A stretch of 64,000 nucleotides of DNA from positions 74,231 to 138,230 of the forward strand of contig CP058602.1 of NCBI GenBank assembly GCA_013426185.1, read 5' to 3'. The number at the start of each line of letters is the position of its first letter. Positions within the stretch are counted from its first letter, which is position 1. A model generated the notes under the pieces. That model worked only from the letters and a program-made list of their open reading frames with translations. It was not told the origin of the DNA and searched no databases. Both the position numbers and the translations under genes were made by a program. This DNA comes from Candidatus Woesebacteria bacterium (GTDB lineage Bacteria > Patescibacteriota > Microgenomatia > UBA8517). This document shows positions 19,025 through 28,483 of the stretch, in pieces.

Positions 19025-19993
19025 ATGGCGAGGAAAAAAGTGGTTGTTCTTGGTGGAGGTACGGGGACTTATCAAGTGCTTCAGGGTTTGAAAAAATACG
19101 ATCTTGATATCTCAGCAATTATTTCGATGTGTGATTCTGGTGGTTCCACGGGTCGCTTGAGAAGGGAGCTTGGAATTTTGCCACCTGGAGATGTTAGGCG
19201 CGCAATTTTGGCTCTTTCTGATTTACCTTTTGCCCAGAAAACTTTGGAAGAACTTTTCAATTTTCGTTTTAAAGAGGGTGAAAGTCTCAAGGGTCATTCG
19301 GTTGGGAATATTCTTTTGGCTGCTTTAACTCAAATAACAGGTAGCATGGATAAGGCAATAGAAGAAGCTGCAAGAATTCTTAATGTTTCAGGGTCTGTTT
19401 TCCCTGTAACTTTGGATAAAACCAATTTGGTGGCAATACTTTCTGATGGTACACGGATTCATGGTGAGGCGAACATTGATAAAAGAGACGTGAAGCTAGA
19501 CTTGTCTATCAAGAGGATTTATCTGTCACCTAGGGCAAGTGTTTATCATAAGGCGGCAAGGGAGATAGAAAGTGCTGATTTAATTGTTGCCGCGCCTGGC
19601 GATCTTTACACAAGTCTGCTACCTGTTTTCTTGGTTAAGGGAGTTGTAGAAGCAATCAATACGTCAAAAGCTGATTTGGCTTATGTAATTAATCTGATGA
19701 CCAAAAGAGAGGAGACTGATGGCTTTAAGGCTTCTGATTTTGTTTCCACAGTTAAGAATTATCTTGGCCCGGCTAGCTCTAGATTGAAATATGTTTTTGT
19801 TAATAAAAAGATAAATGGAAGTAGAGAGCAAGTTTTGAGTTGGTATAAGAGATTTGGCAGCCAGCCGGTGATAAATGATTTAAAAGGGAAAAATAGTTTT
19901 TTGGTAATTGAGAAGGATTTTGTTAGTAAGACGACCTTTTTCCGTCACGATCCTGATAAAATCGCCAAAGCAATATATCAGGTCTTAGAATAA
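19025..19993 (+). CDS. YvcK/GlmR (CofD-like) UDP-GlcNAc-binding protein
   Basis: GGGTG, DSGGSTGRLR, PPGDVR, GHSVGN, RHDPDK. Confidence 0.92.
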   Translation: MARKKVVVLGGGTGTYQVLQGLKKYDLDISAIISMCDSGGSTGRLRRELGILPPGDVRRAILALSDLPFAQKTLEELFNFRFKEGESLKGHSVGNILLAALTQITGSMDKAIEEAARILNVSGSVFPVTLDKTNLVAILSDGTRIHGEANIDKRDVKLDLSIKRIYLSPRASVYHKAAREIESADLIVAAPGDLYTSLLPVFLVKGVVEAINTSKADLAYVINLMTKREETDGFKASDFVSTVKNYLGPASSRLKYVFVNKKINGSREQVLSWYKRFGSQPVINDLKGKNSFLVIEKDFVSKTTFFRHDPDKIAKAIYQVLE

Positions 19994-19995
19994 GA

Positions 19996-20194
19996 GGATT
20001 CGGACATCGGACATCGGCAACCAGACATCGGACGTCGGCTATCGGCTATCGGAATTCAGTCGGAGCTAGTCAGAGCCGACCGGAAGCTAGTATTTAGTAT
20101 TTTGTATTATGTATTATGCATGAGAATGTATTATCCCCATAATACATAATTCATAATACTAGATTCAGGTTTTTCCCTTTGTTCTTTGTTCTAA
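19996..20194 (+). repeat. Heptamer mosaic block B3 (forward)
   Basis: (CATCGGA)n, AGTCGGAGCT 10-mers, GTATTAT arms plus 19-bp core, (TTGTTCT)n. Confidence 0.93.
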
Positions 20195-20238
20195 TTTCCT
20201 GTTGTCTTCTTTTTGGAGAGTTATTATAATCAAAAGCT

Positions 20239-20523
20239 ATGAGTAAATACGAGTTGACTTTAATTCTTGATTCCAAAGCTACTTCTGCCAAGAAGAAAAA
20301 GGTGCAGGAAATGCTTGAGAAAATTCTATCTCAACTGAAAGGGAAAATAATCAAATCCAGTGATTGGGGAGTTAAGGAATTTGCTTATGATATAAATAAA
20401 AAGAGTTCTGGAGCTTATCTTTTTTTTGAGCTTGATCTTGATACCCGTTCAGCAAAATCTCTAAATGAAAAATTGCGTGTGGAAAATGATATTGTGCGTT
20501 ACCTTTTCGTTAAGTCTAGTTGA
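20239..20523 (+). CDS. rpsF: 30S ribosomal protein S6
   Basis: YELTLIL, WGVKEFAYDI; rpsF-ssb-rpsR order. Confidence 0.93.
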   Translation: MSKYELTLILDSKATSAKKKKVQEMLEKILSQLKGKIIKSSDWGVKEFAYDINKKSSGAYLFFELDLDTRSAKSLNEKLRVENDIVRYLFVKSS

Positions 20524-20553
20524 TTTTTTTTCTCAATTATTTAGAATTAGATT

Positions 20554-21078
20554 ATGGCAAGAAGTTTAAATAAGGTTTTATTAATCGGCAATTTAACTCG
20601 CGATCCTGAGTTGCGTTATACTCCGCAGGGTACTGCTGTTTGTTCATTCGGTTTGGCAACCAACAGACAGTGGGTAACAGATTCTGGTGAGAAAAAAGAA
20701 GATGTGGAATTTCATCGTCTGGTGGCTTGGAATAAGTTGGCTGAGATCTGCGCTCAGCTTTTGAAGAAGGGAAGGAAAGTTTTTGTTGAAGGTAGGCTTC
20801 AAACAAGAAATTGGACAGGCCAGGATGGATCTCAAAGAACTACAACAGAAATTGTCGTCTCGGATATGGTTCTACTTGATCAGAAAAGAGAAGGGGAAAG
20901 CCTTGAGGATTTTGATGTAGCAACTCCTGATGAAGCTCCTGCTCAAGTGCCTGATGTTGAAGTTCCACCTGAAGAGGCGACGGCAAAAAAGGAAGAAAAA
21001 GTAGAAGAGGACAAGAAAAAAGACAAAGAAGAAAAAAAAGAAGAAGACTCTCTAAGTGATGAAGATATTCCCTTCTAA
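20554..21078 (+). CDS. ssb: Single-stranded DNA-binding protein
   Basis: NKVLLIGNLTRDPELRYT, C-terminal DIPF. Confidence 0.97.
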   Translation: MARSLNKVLLIGNLTRDPELRYTPQGTAVCSFGLATNRQWVTDSGEKKEDVEFHRLVAWNKLAEICAQLLKKGRKVFVEGRLQTRNWTGQDGSQRTTTEIVVSDMVLLDQKREGESLEDFDVATPDEAPAQVPDVEVPPEEATAKKEEKVEEDKKKDKEEKKEEDSLSDEDIPF

Positions 21079-21101
21079 TTATCAATTCGTTTAAACCCAA
21101 G

Positions 21102-21347
21102 ATGTTGAAAAAAACCATTTCATCAAGAAAAACAAGACCAATAAATAATATTTGCCCTTTTTGTGATCAAAAGAAGGATCCTGATTATAAAGACTACCAG
21201 TTTTTGGCTAATTTTTTAACAGATAGGGCAAGAATTATGCCTGCTTCTCGCACTGGGGTTTGTGCTAAACATCAAAGGAAATTAAGCCGGGAGGTTAAAA
21301 GGGCTCGTTTTCTAGCTCTTCTTCCTTATATAGAAAAAATCAGCTAA
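21102..21347 (+). CDS. rpsR: 30S ribosomal protein S18
   Basis: CPFC, DYKD, TGVCAKHQR, RARFLALLPY. Confidence 0.96.
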   Translation: MLKKTISSRKTRPINNICPFCDQKKDPDYKDYQFLANFLTDRARIMPASRTGVCAKHQRKLSREVKRARFLALLPYIEKIS

Positions 21348-21359
21348 ATTTAAGTTTTT

Positions 21360-22598
21360 ATGCATTATACTTTAAAGGTGGATACTCTTTCTTTGCGCAA
21401 ATTAGTTCTTAGGGTTTTGGCTATTTCTCTTATTTTTTCTCTTGGATATGTTTTGGGATCAAGAGGCTACAAAGTTAGTCAGCCTTCCTTTTTGGAATTT
21501 AAGGTAGATAGAAGTGTTCCGGAAAATAAGAATGTTGATTTTAGTCTATTCTGGAAGGTGTGGGACACGCTAGGAGTTTCTTATTATGATAAGAGCAAAC
21601 TCAATCCTTCAAAGATGGTTGAGGGGGCAATCTCAGGAATGGTGGCGGCAATTGGTGATCCTTATACCGTTTATTTGCCTCCCGAGGAAAATAAGGTTGT
21701 AGAGGAGGATTTACAAGGCAGTTTTGGTGGCGTAGGAATTCAGATAGGATTTAAGGGAAAACAACTTGCTGTAGTTGCGCCTCTGCCTGATACTCCTGCT
21801 GAGAAAGCGGGGGTTAAGGCGGGAGATTTTATTTTGGCGATTAAAGATGAAAAAAAGAAAATTGATAAAACCACAGGAGGTATGTCTTTGCCTGAAGCTG
21901 TGCAAATTATTCGGGGTCCGGCAGGTAGCGAGGTTACTTTAACTCTTCTTCGTGATGGGCAAAATGAACCAATAGAGGTCAAATTGGTTCGGGCGGATAT
22001 TAAGGTTCCTTCCGTTATTCTTACTTTTGAAGGCAAAAATAAGGATATAGCTTATTTAAAGCTTCTTAAGTTTGGTGGGGAGACGGAGAATGAATGGAAT
22101 AATGCAGTCTCAAAGATTATTTCAAATAATACAAAAGGGATAATACTTGATTTACGCAACAATCCTGGCGGCTATTTGCAGGGGGCTGTTGATATTGCTT
22201 CTGATTTCTTAAAGTTGGGGACAGTGGTTGTGTCGCAGGAAGTAAATGGTAAAAAAGATGATTTTAAGACAAGTCGTCTGCCTCGCTTGCCAAAATATCC
22301 TTTGGTAATTTTGGTTAATGAAGGGTCTGCCTCAGCTAGTGAGATTTTAGCAGGAGCTCTAAGAGATCAAGCAGAAGTAAAATTGGTTGGAAAGACGACT
22401 TTTGGAAAAGGAACAATTCAGGAACCAAAAACTATCAACGGAGGAGCTGGTCTTCATATCACAATAGCCAGATGGTTGACTCCAAAGGGTGAGTGGGTGA
22501 ATGAAAAGGGCTTGAAGCCTGATATAGAAGTTGATGATAAACCTGATACAACAGAAGATGAGCAGTTTAATAAGGCACTTGAGGTCTTGAAAATTTAG
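21360..22598 (+). CDS. Carboxyl-terminal processing protease (S41, CtpA-like)
   Basis: DPYT, PDZ, DLRNNPGG, SASASEI, FGKG. Confidence 0.95.
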   Translation: MHYTLKVDTLSLRKLVLRVLAISLIFSLGYVLGSRGYKVSQPSFLEFKVDRSVPENKNVDFSLFWKVWDTLGVSYYDKSKLNPSKMVEGAISGMVAAIGDPYTVYLPPEENKVVEEDLQGSFGGVGIQIGFKGKQLAVVAPLPDTPAEKAGVKAGDFILAIKDEKKKIDKTTGGMSLPEAVQIIRGPAGSEVTLTLLRDGQNEPIEVKLVRADIKVPSVILTFEGKNKDIAYLKLLKFGGETENEWNNAVSKIISNNTKGIILDLRNNPGGYLQGAVDIASDFLKLGTVVVSQEVNGKKDDFKTSRLPRLPKYPLVILVNEGSASASEILAGALRDQAEVKLVGKTTFGKGTIQEPKTINGGAGLHITIARWLTPKGEWVNEKGLKPDIEVDDKPDTTEDEQFNKALEVLKI

Positions 22599-22626
22599 TT
22601 TGTTATTGTTATTCTGGATTCTGCCT

Positions 22627-23793
22627 ATGAAAAGATTTGACTTCAAAAGTTTTATTGTAGGAATTTTGATTGGGCTTGTTGTTTTTTCTTTTCTTATAAC
22701 CGGTGCTTTTTTGGATAGAGTAGCCAAATTCAGTTTTCTTGATAAAATTCTTCCTCGCGAGGAGAAGAATCTTAGGGTTGGTGGAGTTGACCAGAAAATA
22801 TTGAACGAAGAGTCGGTTGTTATTGATGTTGCTGAAAAAGCTTCTCCTTCGGTTGTTACTGTTTCAATTAAGACTCCACAACAAAAGGTGCTTGAGTTTT
22901 CTCCATTTTTTGGCTTTAGGCAGGGTGTTCGGGGCGGGGTAGAACAAGATATAGGCACCGGGTTTATAATCTCAGAGGAAGGGCTTATTGTTACCAACAA
23001 ACATGTAGTTTCAAACACACAAGCGAGTTATAAAGTTATTACCAAGGATGATAAGGAATATGAAGTTAAAGAAATTAATCGTGATCCCTCTAATGATTTG
23101 GCAATTTTAAAGATTAATCCTTCAGATCATCCGGGAACAAAGCTTCAAGCTTTAGAGTTGGGAGATTCTTCAAATCTTAAGGTTGGTCAATTTGTAATAG
23201 CAATTGGTACTGCTTTGGGAGAATTCCGCCATACTGTTACAACTGGGGTTATTTCTGGCCTGGGTAGAGGAATTGTGGCAGGTAGTGTTTATGAAGGGTA
23301 TGTAGAGCGTCTTGATAATGTCATTCAAACTGATGCAGCTATTAATCCTGGTAATTCTGGGGGGCCTCTTTTGAACTCAGCTGGTCAGGTAATAGGTATT
23401 AATGTGGCTGTGGCTCAAGGAGCGCAAAACATAGGTTTTGCAATTCCTGTTAATGTTATAAAAGATAGCTTGAGTAAATTTAAGGAGACAGGAAAATTTC
23501 CTGCCAAGCCATTTTTGGGTGTGCGTTATCAGATGATTGGAAAACAAACTGCTATTATGAACGATGTTCCTCAGGGAGCTTATGTAGTTGAAGTTGTGAG
23601 TGGCTCACCAGCTGAGGAGGCGGGAGTTAAAGTGGATGATATTATTACCAAAATTGATGATAAGAAGCTTGATTCAGATAGCGCTTTGGCGGATATTATA
23701 GCTTCCAAGAAACCAGGAGATAAAGTTAGTCTTGATGTCTGGAGAGATGGCGAGAGTTTAAATTTGAGTGCTACTTTAGGTGAGGCTGAGTAA
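22627..23793 (+). CDS. HtrA/DegP-family serine protease with PDZ
   Basis: TNKHV, DLAIL, TDAAINPGNSGGPL. Confidence 0.95.
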   Translation: MKRFDFKSFIVGILIGLVVFSFLITGAFLDRVAKFSFLDKILPREEKNLRVGGVDQKILNEESVVIDVAEKASPSVVTVSIKTPQQKVLEFSPFFGFRQGVRGGVEQDIGTGFIISEEGLIVTNKHVVSNTQASYKVITKDDKEYEVKEINRDPSNDLAILKINPSDHPGTKLQALELGDSSNLKVGQFVIAIGTALGEFRHTVTTGVISGLGRGIVAGSVYEGYVERLDNVIQTDAAINPGNSGGPLLNSAGQVIGINVAVAQGAQNIGFAIPVNVIKDSLSKFKETGKFPAKPFLGVRYQMIGKQTAIMNDVPQGAYVVEVVSGSPAEEAGVKVDDIITKIDDKKLDSDSALADIIASKKPGDKVSLDVWRDGESLNLSATLGEAE

Positions 23794-23794
23794 T

Positions 23795-24496
23795 TTATTT
23801 CAGATTTTCTTTAAGGTAAGAGATTATTTTGTCTAATTCTCCATCAAGAATCGCTTCAAGATTGCCAAAGGATTTATTTACGCGGTGATCAGTGATCCTA
23901 TCTTGGGGAAAGTTGTAGGTTCTAATCTTTTCTGCTCTTTTGCCTTGGCCGATAGGGGAGCGGTAGCCTGCTATTTCTCTCATTTTTCTTTCTTCTTCGC
24001 GTTCCCAGAGCTTTGAACGCAAGATAGAAAGAGCAATTTGGCGGTTTTGTTCTTGAAAGCGTTCTTGTGAAGCTGTAACAACAATTCCTGTAGGTTTGTG
24101 AATAAGTCTTACTGCAGTTGAAACTTTGTTTACGTTCTGGCCTCCGTGCCCACCTGCTCTAAAAAATTGAATTTCGAGATCTTGGGGGTTAACTGTGATT
24201 TCATTTTCCTTAATTTCGGGCAAAACAGCAACTGTAGCAGTTGATGTATGAATTCTACCTCTTTTTTCTGTCTTGGGAATTCTTTGTACGCGGTGAACCC
24301 CGCTTTCGTTTTTAAGATTATCAAAAGCATTGGGCCCGCTTATGACAAGGGTATTATCATCAACAAGACTTACTCTCCATCCCTTTTTGGTGGCGTAGCG
24401 CAAATACATTCTCAAAAGCTCAGAAGCCCATATTTTAGCCTCGTCTCCGCCTGCCGCACCTCGAGTTTCAAGATAGACTTTTTGGTTGGGAAGCAT
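23795..24496 (-). CDS. prfA: Peptide chain release factor 1, N-terminally truncated (233 aa)
   Basis: [14 protein letters not shown] (PxT), [17 protein letters not shown]; downstream of rpmE. Confidence 0.88.
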   Translation of the reverse strand: MLPNQKVYLETRGAAGGDEAKIWASELLRMYLRYATKKGWRVSLVDDNTLVISGPNAFDNLKNESGVHRVQRIPKTEKRGRIHTSTATVAVLPEIKENEITVNPQDLEIQFFRAGGHGGQNVNKVSTAVRLIHKPTGIVVTASQERFQEQNRQIALSILRSKLWEREEERKMREIAGYRSPIGQGKRAEKIRTYNFPQDRITDHRVNKSFGNLEAILDGELDKIISYLKENLK

Positions 24497-24514
24497 ATTT
24501 TTGGCTTGGGGAAT

Positions 24515-24817
24515 TTAGCGCAATTCGCTCAATGTTTCAGGTTTTTCTAGTTCTTGCCGTATTCTTTTTTCTCTTTTAAGCCTTCTTTTTTCAGCCTTGG
24601 AGATGACTTTTTCTTTAGCCTTGGATTGTTTGCTTAAGAATGCTTCCACTCGACCTGCCGTATCAATATACTTCATTTGACCTGTGTAAAAAGGATGGCA
24701 GGCGGAGCAAATCTCAACATTGATTTCGGGTACTGTGGCACCAGTGGTAAAAATGTTACCGCAAGCGCAAGTTACTTTTGCTTCAGGATACCATGTTGGG
24801 TGAATTCCCTTTTTCAT
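24515..24817 (-). CDS. rpmE: 50S ribosomal protein L31 with C-terminal extension
   Basis: [28 protein letters not shown]. Confidence 0.96.
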   Translation of the reverse strand: MKKGIHPTWYPEAKVTCACGNIFTTGATVPEINVEICSACHPFYTGQMKYIDTAGRVEAFLSKQSKAKEKVISKAEKRRLKREKRIRQELEKPETLSELR

Positions 24818-24826
24818 AGCCTGTCA

Positions 24827-24855
24827 ATTATAACAAGTGATATTTAGGATAGCAA
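24827..24855 (-). promoter_or_regulatory. Sigma70-type promoter of rpmE-prfA
   Basis: TTGCTA-N17-TATAAT on the minus strand, 9 nt before the ATG, abutting block B4. Confidence 0.7.
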
Positions 24856-24857
24856 GA

Positions 24858-25279
24858 CGGCTATCAGACATCGGCTATCGGTCGTCAGACGTCGGATATT
24901 GGGATTTAGTCGGAGTTGGTCGAAGTTGATCGAAAGATTGTATCTAGTATTTTGTATTATGTATTATGCAGGAAATACAAGTAGAAAGTAGTAAGTAGTA
25001 AGTAGAAAGCATTAATAAATAGTTAAAAGTTAAAAGAATTCGGATTTCAGCTATCAGCCGTCAGCTGTTGGAGTTCTTTGTTATTTTAATTCCTAAATCC
25101 TAAATCAAAATTCTATAATCTATAATCCAAAATCTATAATCTAATTAGAAAGTTTTGACTTTTGAGTTTTGAATTATATTTTTGACTTTTGATTTTTAAG
25201 TTTTGAGTTAATTTGTTAACTGTTAATTGTTATATTGTAATTTTATTCAATAATCTATAATCTAGAATCTATAATCTAA
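24858..25279 (+). repeat. Heptamer mosaic block B4 (forward); 25024-25216 is the left arm of a 193-bp inverted repeat
   Basis: Module series shared with other blocks; 192/193 identity to the reverse complement of 26220-26412. Confidence 0.95.
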
Positions 25280-25281
25280 CA

Positions 25282-26187
25282 ATGTTCTCAAAACCAAGAA
25301 TCAAAGCATATCTTTATCTTACGCTTGTCGCTTTCATCTGGGGATTGGCAGGACCTGTTATTAAATACACTCTAGGCGGCATCTCGTCCTTACCCTTTCT
25401 CACTTACCGCTTTGCTATATCCTCAATAGTGGCTTTAATCAGCTTTAATTTCATAGCCAAAAGAAAGCTTAACACTAAAGAATGGTTTATTGTCATTATC
25501 TACAGTCTTTTTGCCTCAACCTTTTCCCTTTACTTTCTCTTTATCGGCCTTGAAAAGACGACGATGCTTGACACTGCTTTAATCACTACTTTCAATCCAC
25601 TTCTAATTGCAGTAGCTGGATTTTTAGTCTTCAAAGACAAAATAACCTCAAGAGAAAAAGTTGGCATTGCGCTTGCACTTATAGGAACGGTAATTGCCAT
25701 TATTCAGCCGTTAATTGAAAATGAGAATAGTATACGCCTTCAAGGAAATATCTATGTGGTTTTGTATCTTCTGACAAATACAATTGCCGCTATTTTGGCC
25801 AAAAAACTAACCAAACTTGATATTGCCCCGCTTTTTATAACCAACTTTTCATTCATTATCGGATTTTTAAGTCTTTTGCCTCTTTCCATCTATCAAAATG
25901 TAAATCTTATCTCCATAATTTCCCATCTTGAGCTAAGATACCATCTAGGTGTTTTGTTTATGGCCTTAATTTCGGGAAATCTAGCTTATACCCTTTGGGT
26001 AAAAGGACAGAAAAGTATTGAAATAAGCGAAGCTTCTCTTTTCTCTTATCTACAGCCCATATTCTCTACCCCACTTGCAATACTTTGGCTTAAAGAAGAA
26101 ACTAGCAAAACCTTCTTTCTTGGGGCGCTTTTCATCATCATCGGAGTTATTATCGCTGAGACAAAGAAGAGAAGAATTACAGACTAG
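25282..26187 (+). CDS. EamA/DMT family transporter
   Basis: About 10 TM segments, IWGL, RF, two EamA repeats, YLQPIF. Confidence 0.92.
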   Translation: MFSKPRIKAYLYLTLVAFIWGLAGPVIKYTLGGISSLPFLTYRFAISSIVALISFNFIAKRKLNTKEWFIVIIYSLFASTFSLYFLFIGLEKTTMLDTALITTFNPLLIAVAGFLVFKDKITSREKVGIALALIGTVIAIIQPLIENENSIRLQGNIYVVLYLLTNTIAAILAKKLTKLDIAPLFITNFSFIIGFLSLLPLSIYQNVNLISIISHLELRYHLGVLFMALISGNLAYTLWVKGQKSIEISEASLFSYLQPIFSTPLAILWLKEETSKTFFLGALFIIIGVIIAETKKRRITD

Positions 26188-26622
26188 AGAACAGAGATTA
26201 GAGAATAAAATTCTAAATGACAAATTAACTCAAAACTTAAAAATCAAAAGTCAAAAATATAATTCAAAACTCAAAAGTCAAAACTTTCTAATTAGATTAT
26301 AGATTTTGGATTATAGATTATAGAATTTTGATTTAGGATTTAGGAATTAAAATAACAAAGAACTCCAACAGCTGACGGCTGATAGCTAAAATCCGAATTC
26401 TTTTAACTTTTACCTCTTGCCTTTTACCTACTAGGTTAGAACATAGAACAGAGAACAAAGGGGAAAAGTTTTGAACTTAGTATTATGAATTAAGGGGATA
26501 ACGCATTTTCCTGCATAATACATAATACAAAATACTAAATACAATCTTCCGGCCGGCTCCGACTAGCTCCGACAACCAATATTCGATGTCCGATGTCTGA
26601 TATCCGATGTCTGACGTCAGCT
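26176..26622 (-). repeat. Heptamer mosaic block B5 (reverse); 26220-26412 is the right arm of the 193-bp inverted repeat
   Basis: Inverted copy of the B4 segment plus (CTTTTAC)n, (AGAACAT)n, core, (TCCGATG)n. Confidence 0.95.
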
Positions 26623-26627
26623 GCTTT

Positions 26628-27278
26628 CTACTCTTTTAAAACGAAGATTGTTCTTGCGGAGATGGTTTGTTCTTGAGTTTCACCTGTTGCAATAATTTTA
26701 TCTCCAGCCTCGATATCGGATACTTTGAGGTCATTATTTTCTTGGTCTAGGATGCTTGTGTCTTTGTTTATTTTGACACTGTAGGGTTGGTCATTTTTTG
26801 ATTCAGCGCTTATTTCTTGTTTTCCAACTTTTTTGACGTTTAGTTTGAAAGAGGCTCTCTTGGTTGGGGTAATAGGCTTAACGTTTACAATGCGTGAAGA
26901 TTCCAAAATATTGCCGTTTTTTTCTGTTCCCATTGCAATTATAAAGTCTCCGATAGCAAGATCCTGAGCTTTGATCTGTTTTGCTTTTTCTCTGTTGTCA
27001 ATGATTGCTGTGTCTTTGTTGTAGCTGATTTGTAAGATTTCACCTGACTTTTCCTGACTTTCTTTATTGATTGCAAAGCGGCTAATTTGGATAGTTGATT
27101 CTGATATATCGGTTATTGTACCGATAAAAGCTTTGGGTTTTTGACTGATTTTAATTATTTTTTCCTGCACTTTTTTCCTAATTTCATCGGATGGGGAGGC
27201 GTTATTATTCTGAGCTTTGATAAAAACAGGGTAGAGAAATAAAAGAGTCAAAATAATAAAAGTGATTAATGTTTGCAT
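26628..27278 (-). CDS. Secreted hypothetical protein with two DUF5666-like beta repeats
   Basis: Signal peptide; repeated T.I.D....K..DL..GD.IIA.G motif. Confidence 0.7.
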   Translation of the reverse strand: MQTLITFIILTLLFLYPVFIKAQNNNASPSDEIRKKVQEKIIKISQKPKAFIGTITDISESTIQISRFAINKESQEKSGEILQISYNKDTAIIDNREKAKQIKAQDLAIGDFIIAMGTEKNGNILESSRIVNVKPITPTKRASFKLNVKKVGKQEISAESKNDQPYSVKINKDTSILDQENNDLKVSDIEAGDKIIATGETQEQTISARTIFVLKE

Positions 27279-27283
27279 TTTTT

Positions 27284-27712
27284 TTATTTTTGAAAATCTT
27301 GAGAATAGACTATTGGTAATTTAACACTCGAACTTTTATCATCGCCGAAAAAAGAGGTTATTATTATCTCGTTTAGTCCGCTGACAAGAGGAACATCAAC
27401 ATTAAAACCGCCGTCTTTGTCAGCTTTGGTCAAGAAATCTTTTTCCTCGGTGGAAATGACAACCTGTGCTTCAGATTCAGTTATTCCCTCAATACTAACA
27501 GTATTCTCATTAAAGACTTCGTACTCTTCAGGTTTTAGGATAGTAAGTCCACCTGCGGTTTTGGGAGTAGGGGCGACTTGGCTTTGTTGGGTTTTATTTT
27601 CTTGATTTTGCTCGGGCGCTTTCTGATTTGAATTGGCTCTCCAGACACCAAAAGCTATGACCAGTCCAAAGGCTATTCCTGCCAAAAGAGCAAAAATGAT
27701 TTCTTTGCGCAT
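27284..27712 (-). CDS. Membrane-anchored Ig-like domain hypothetical protein
   Basis: N-terminal TM; IEGITE, DGGF, LVSGLNEI. Confidence 0.7.
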   Translation of the reverse strand: MRKEIIFALLAGIAFGLVIAFGVWRANSNQKAPEQNQENKTQQSQVAPTPKTAGGLTILKPEEYEVFNENTVSIEGITESEAQVVISTEEKDFLTKADKDGGFNVDVPLVSGLNEIIITSFFGDDKSSSVKLPIVYSQDFQK

Positions 27713-27810
27713 ATGGGTTATTGCTCGCTTAATATAAGTTTTAAAACTCCATTTGTCAAGCTAAAAAAGCACTCTTGTCAAGACATTTTAAGTTTGCTAG
27801 TATCAAGCTA

Positions 27811-28458
27811 ATGGAAATTAATTACCTTGGCCACGCTTGTTTTAAGATCAAAAGCTCAAACACCAAGCTTTTGATCGACCCCTTTGACCCCAAGATGGTG
27901 GGTATAAAAATGCCTCACGAGGAAGTGGACGGAGTTTTGGTAAGTCACCATCACCAAGATCACAGTTTTATTGAGGCGGCGCGGGGTTATCGTAAGATTA
28001 TCGACGGGCCGGGGGAGTATGAAATTGGAGGAATTTCTATCATTGGTTTTCCTACTTATCATGACAACAAAAATGGGGCAGAGAGGGGAGAGAACACTAT
28101 CTATCTTCTGGAGGCAGAAGGCATTCGAGTTTTACATCTTGGAGATTTAGGCCATGTCTTATCAGAAAAGCAGGTGGAAGCGGTGGGTAATGTGAACATA
28201 TTAACCTTGCCTGTTGGTAATAAATATTCTCTTGGACCAAAAGAGGCGGTGAAAGTTGTAAATGATATTGAGCCTCAGATAGTTATTCCCATGCATTACT
28301 TTTTTGAGGGAATTAACAAAGAATATTTTGATGGTCTTTTGCCGGTTGATAATTTCTTGAGTGAAATGGGCCTGCCGGTTGAAAAATTGCCCAAGCTTTC
28401 CTTAAAGTTGGCTGATTTAACTGAGGACCAAAAAGTTGTTTTACTTGAGAGAAAATAA
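27811..28458 (+). CDS. MBL-fold metallo-hydrolase
   Basis: YLGHACF, IDPF, SHHHQDH, HLGDLG, IPMHY. Confidence 0.92.
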   Translation: MEINYLGHACFKIKSSNTKLLIDPFDPKMVGIKMPHEEVDGVLVSHHHQDHSFIEAARGYRKIIDGPGEYEIGGISIIGFPTYHDNKNGAERGENTIYLLEAEGIRVLHLGDLGHVLSEKQVEAVGNVNILTLPVGNKYSLGPKEAVKVVNDIEPQIVIPMHYFFEGINKEYFDGLLPVDNFLSEMGLPVEKLPKLSLKLADLTEDQKVVLLERK

Positions 28459-28483
28459 TTCTGCCCTTTCTCCTTAAAAATTA

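Noticed and set aside
22359-23018. Long antisense ORFs (e.g. 22359-23018, 41295-41804, 437-802)
   Set aside because: Shadow frames of well-supported genes on the opposite strand.
24497-24514. prfB-like frameshift supplying the missing release factor N-terminus
   Set aside because: The motif is PxT (RF1), and upstream sequence is occupied by rpmE.
26075-26302. ORFs translated through repeat blocks (also 32023-32220, 43578-43838, 60871-61086)
   Set aside because: Low-complexity 7-residue-periodic peptides arising from heptamer tracts; frames are not conserved between copies.
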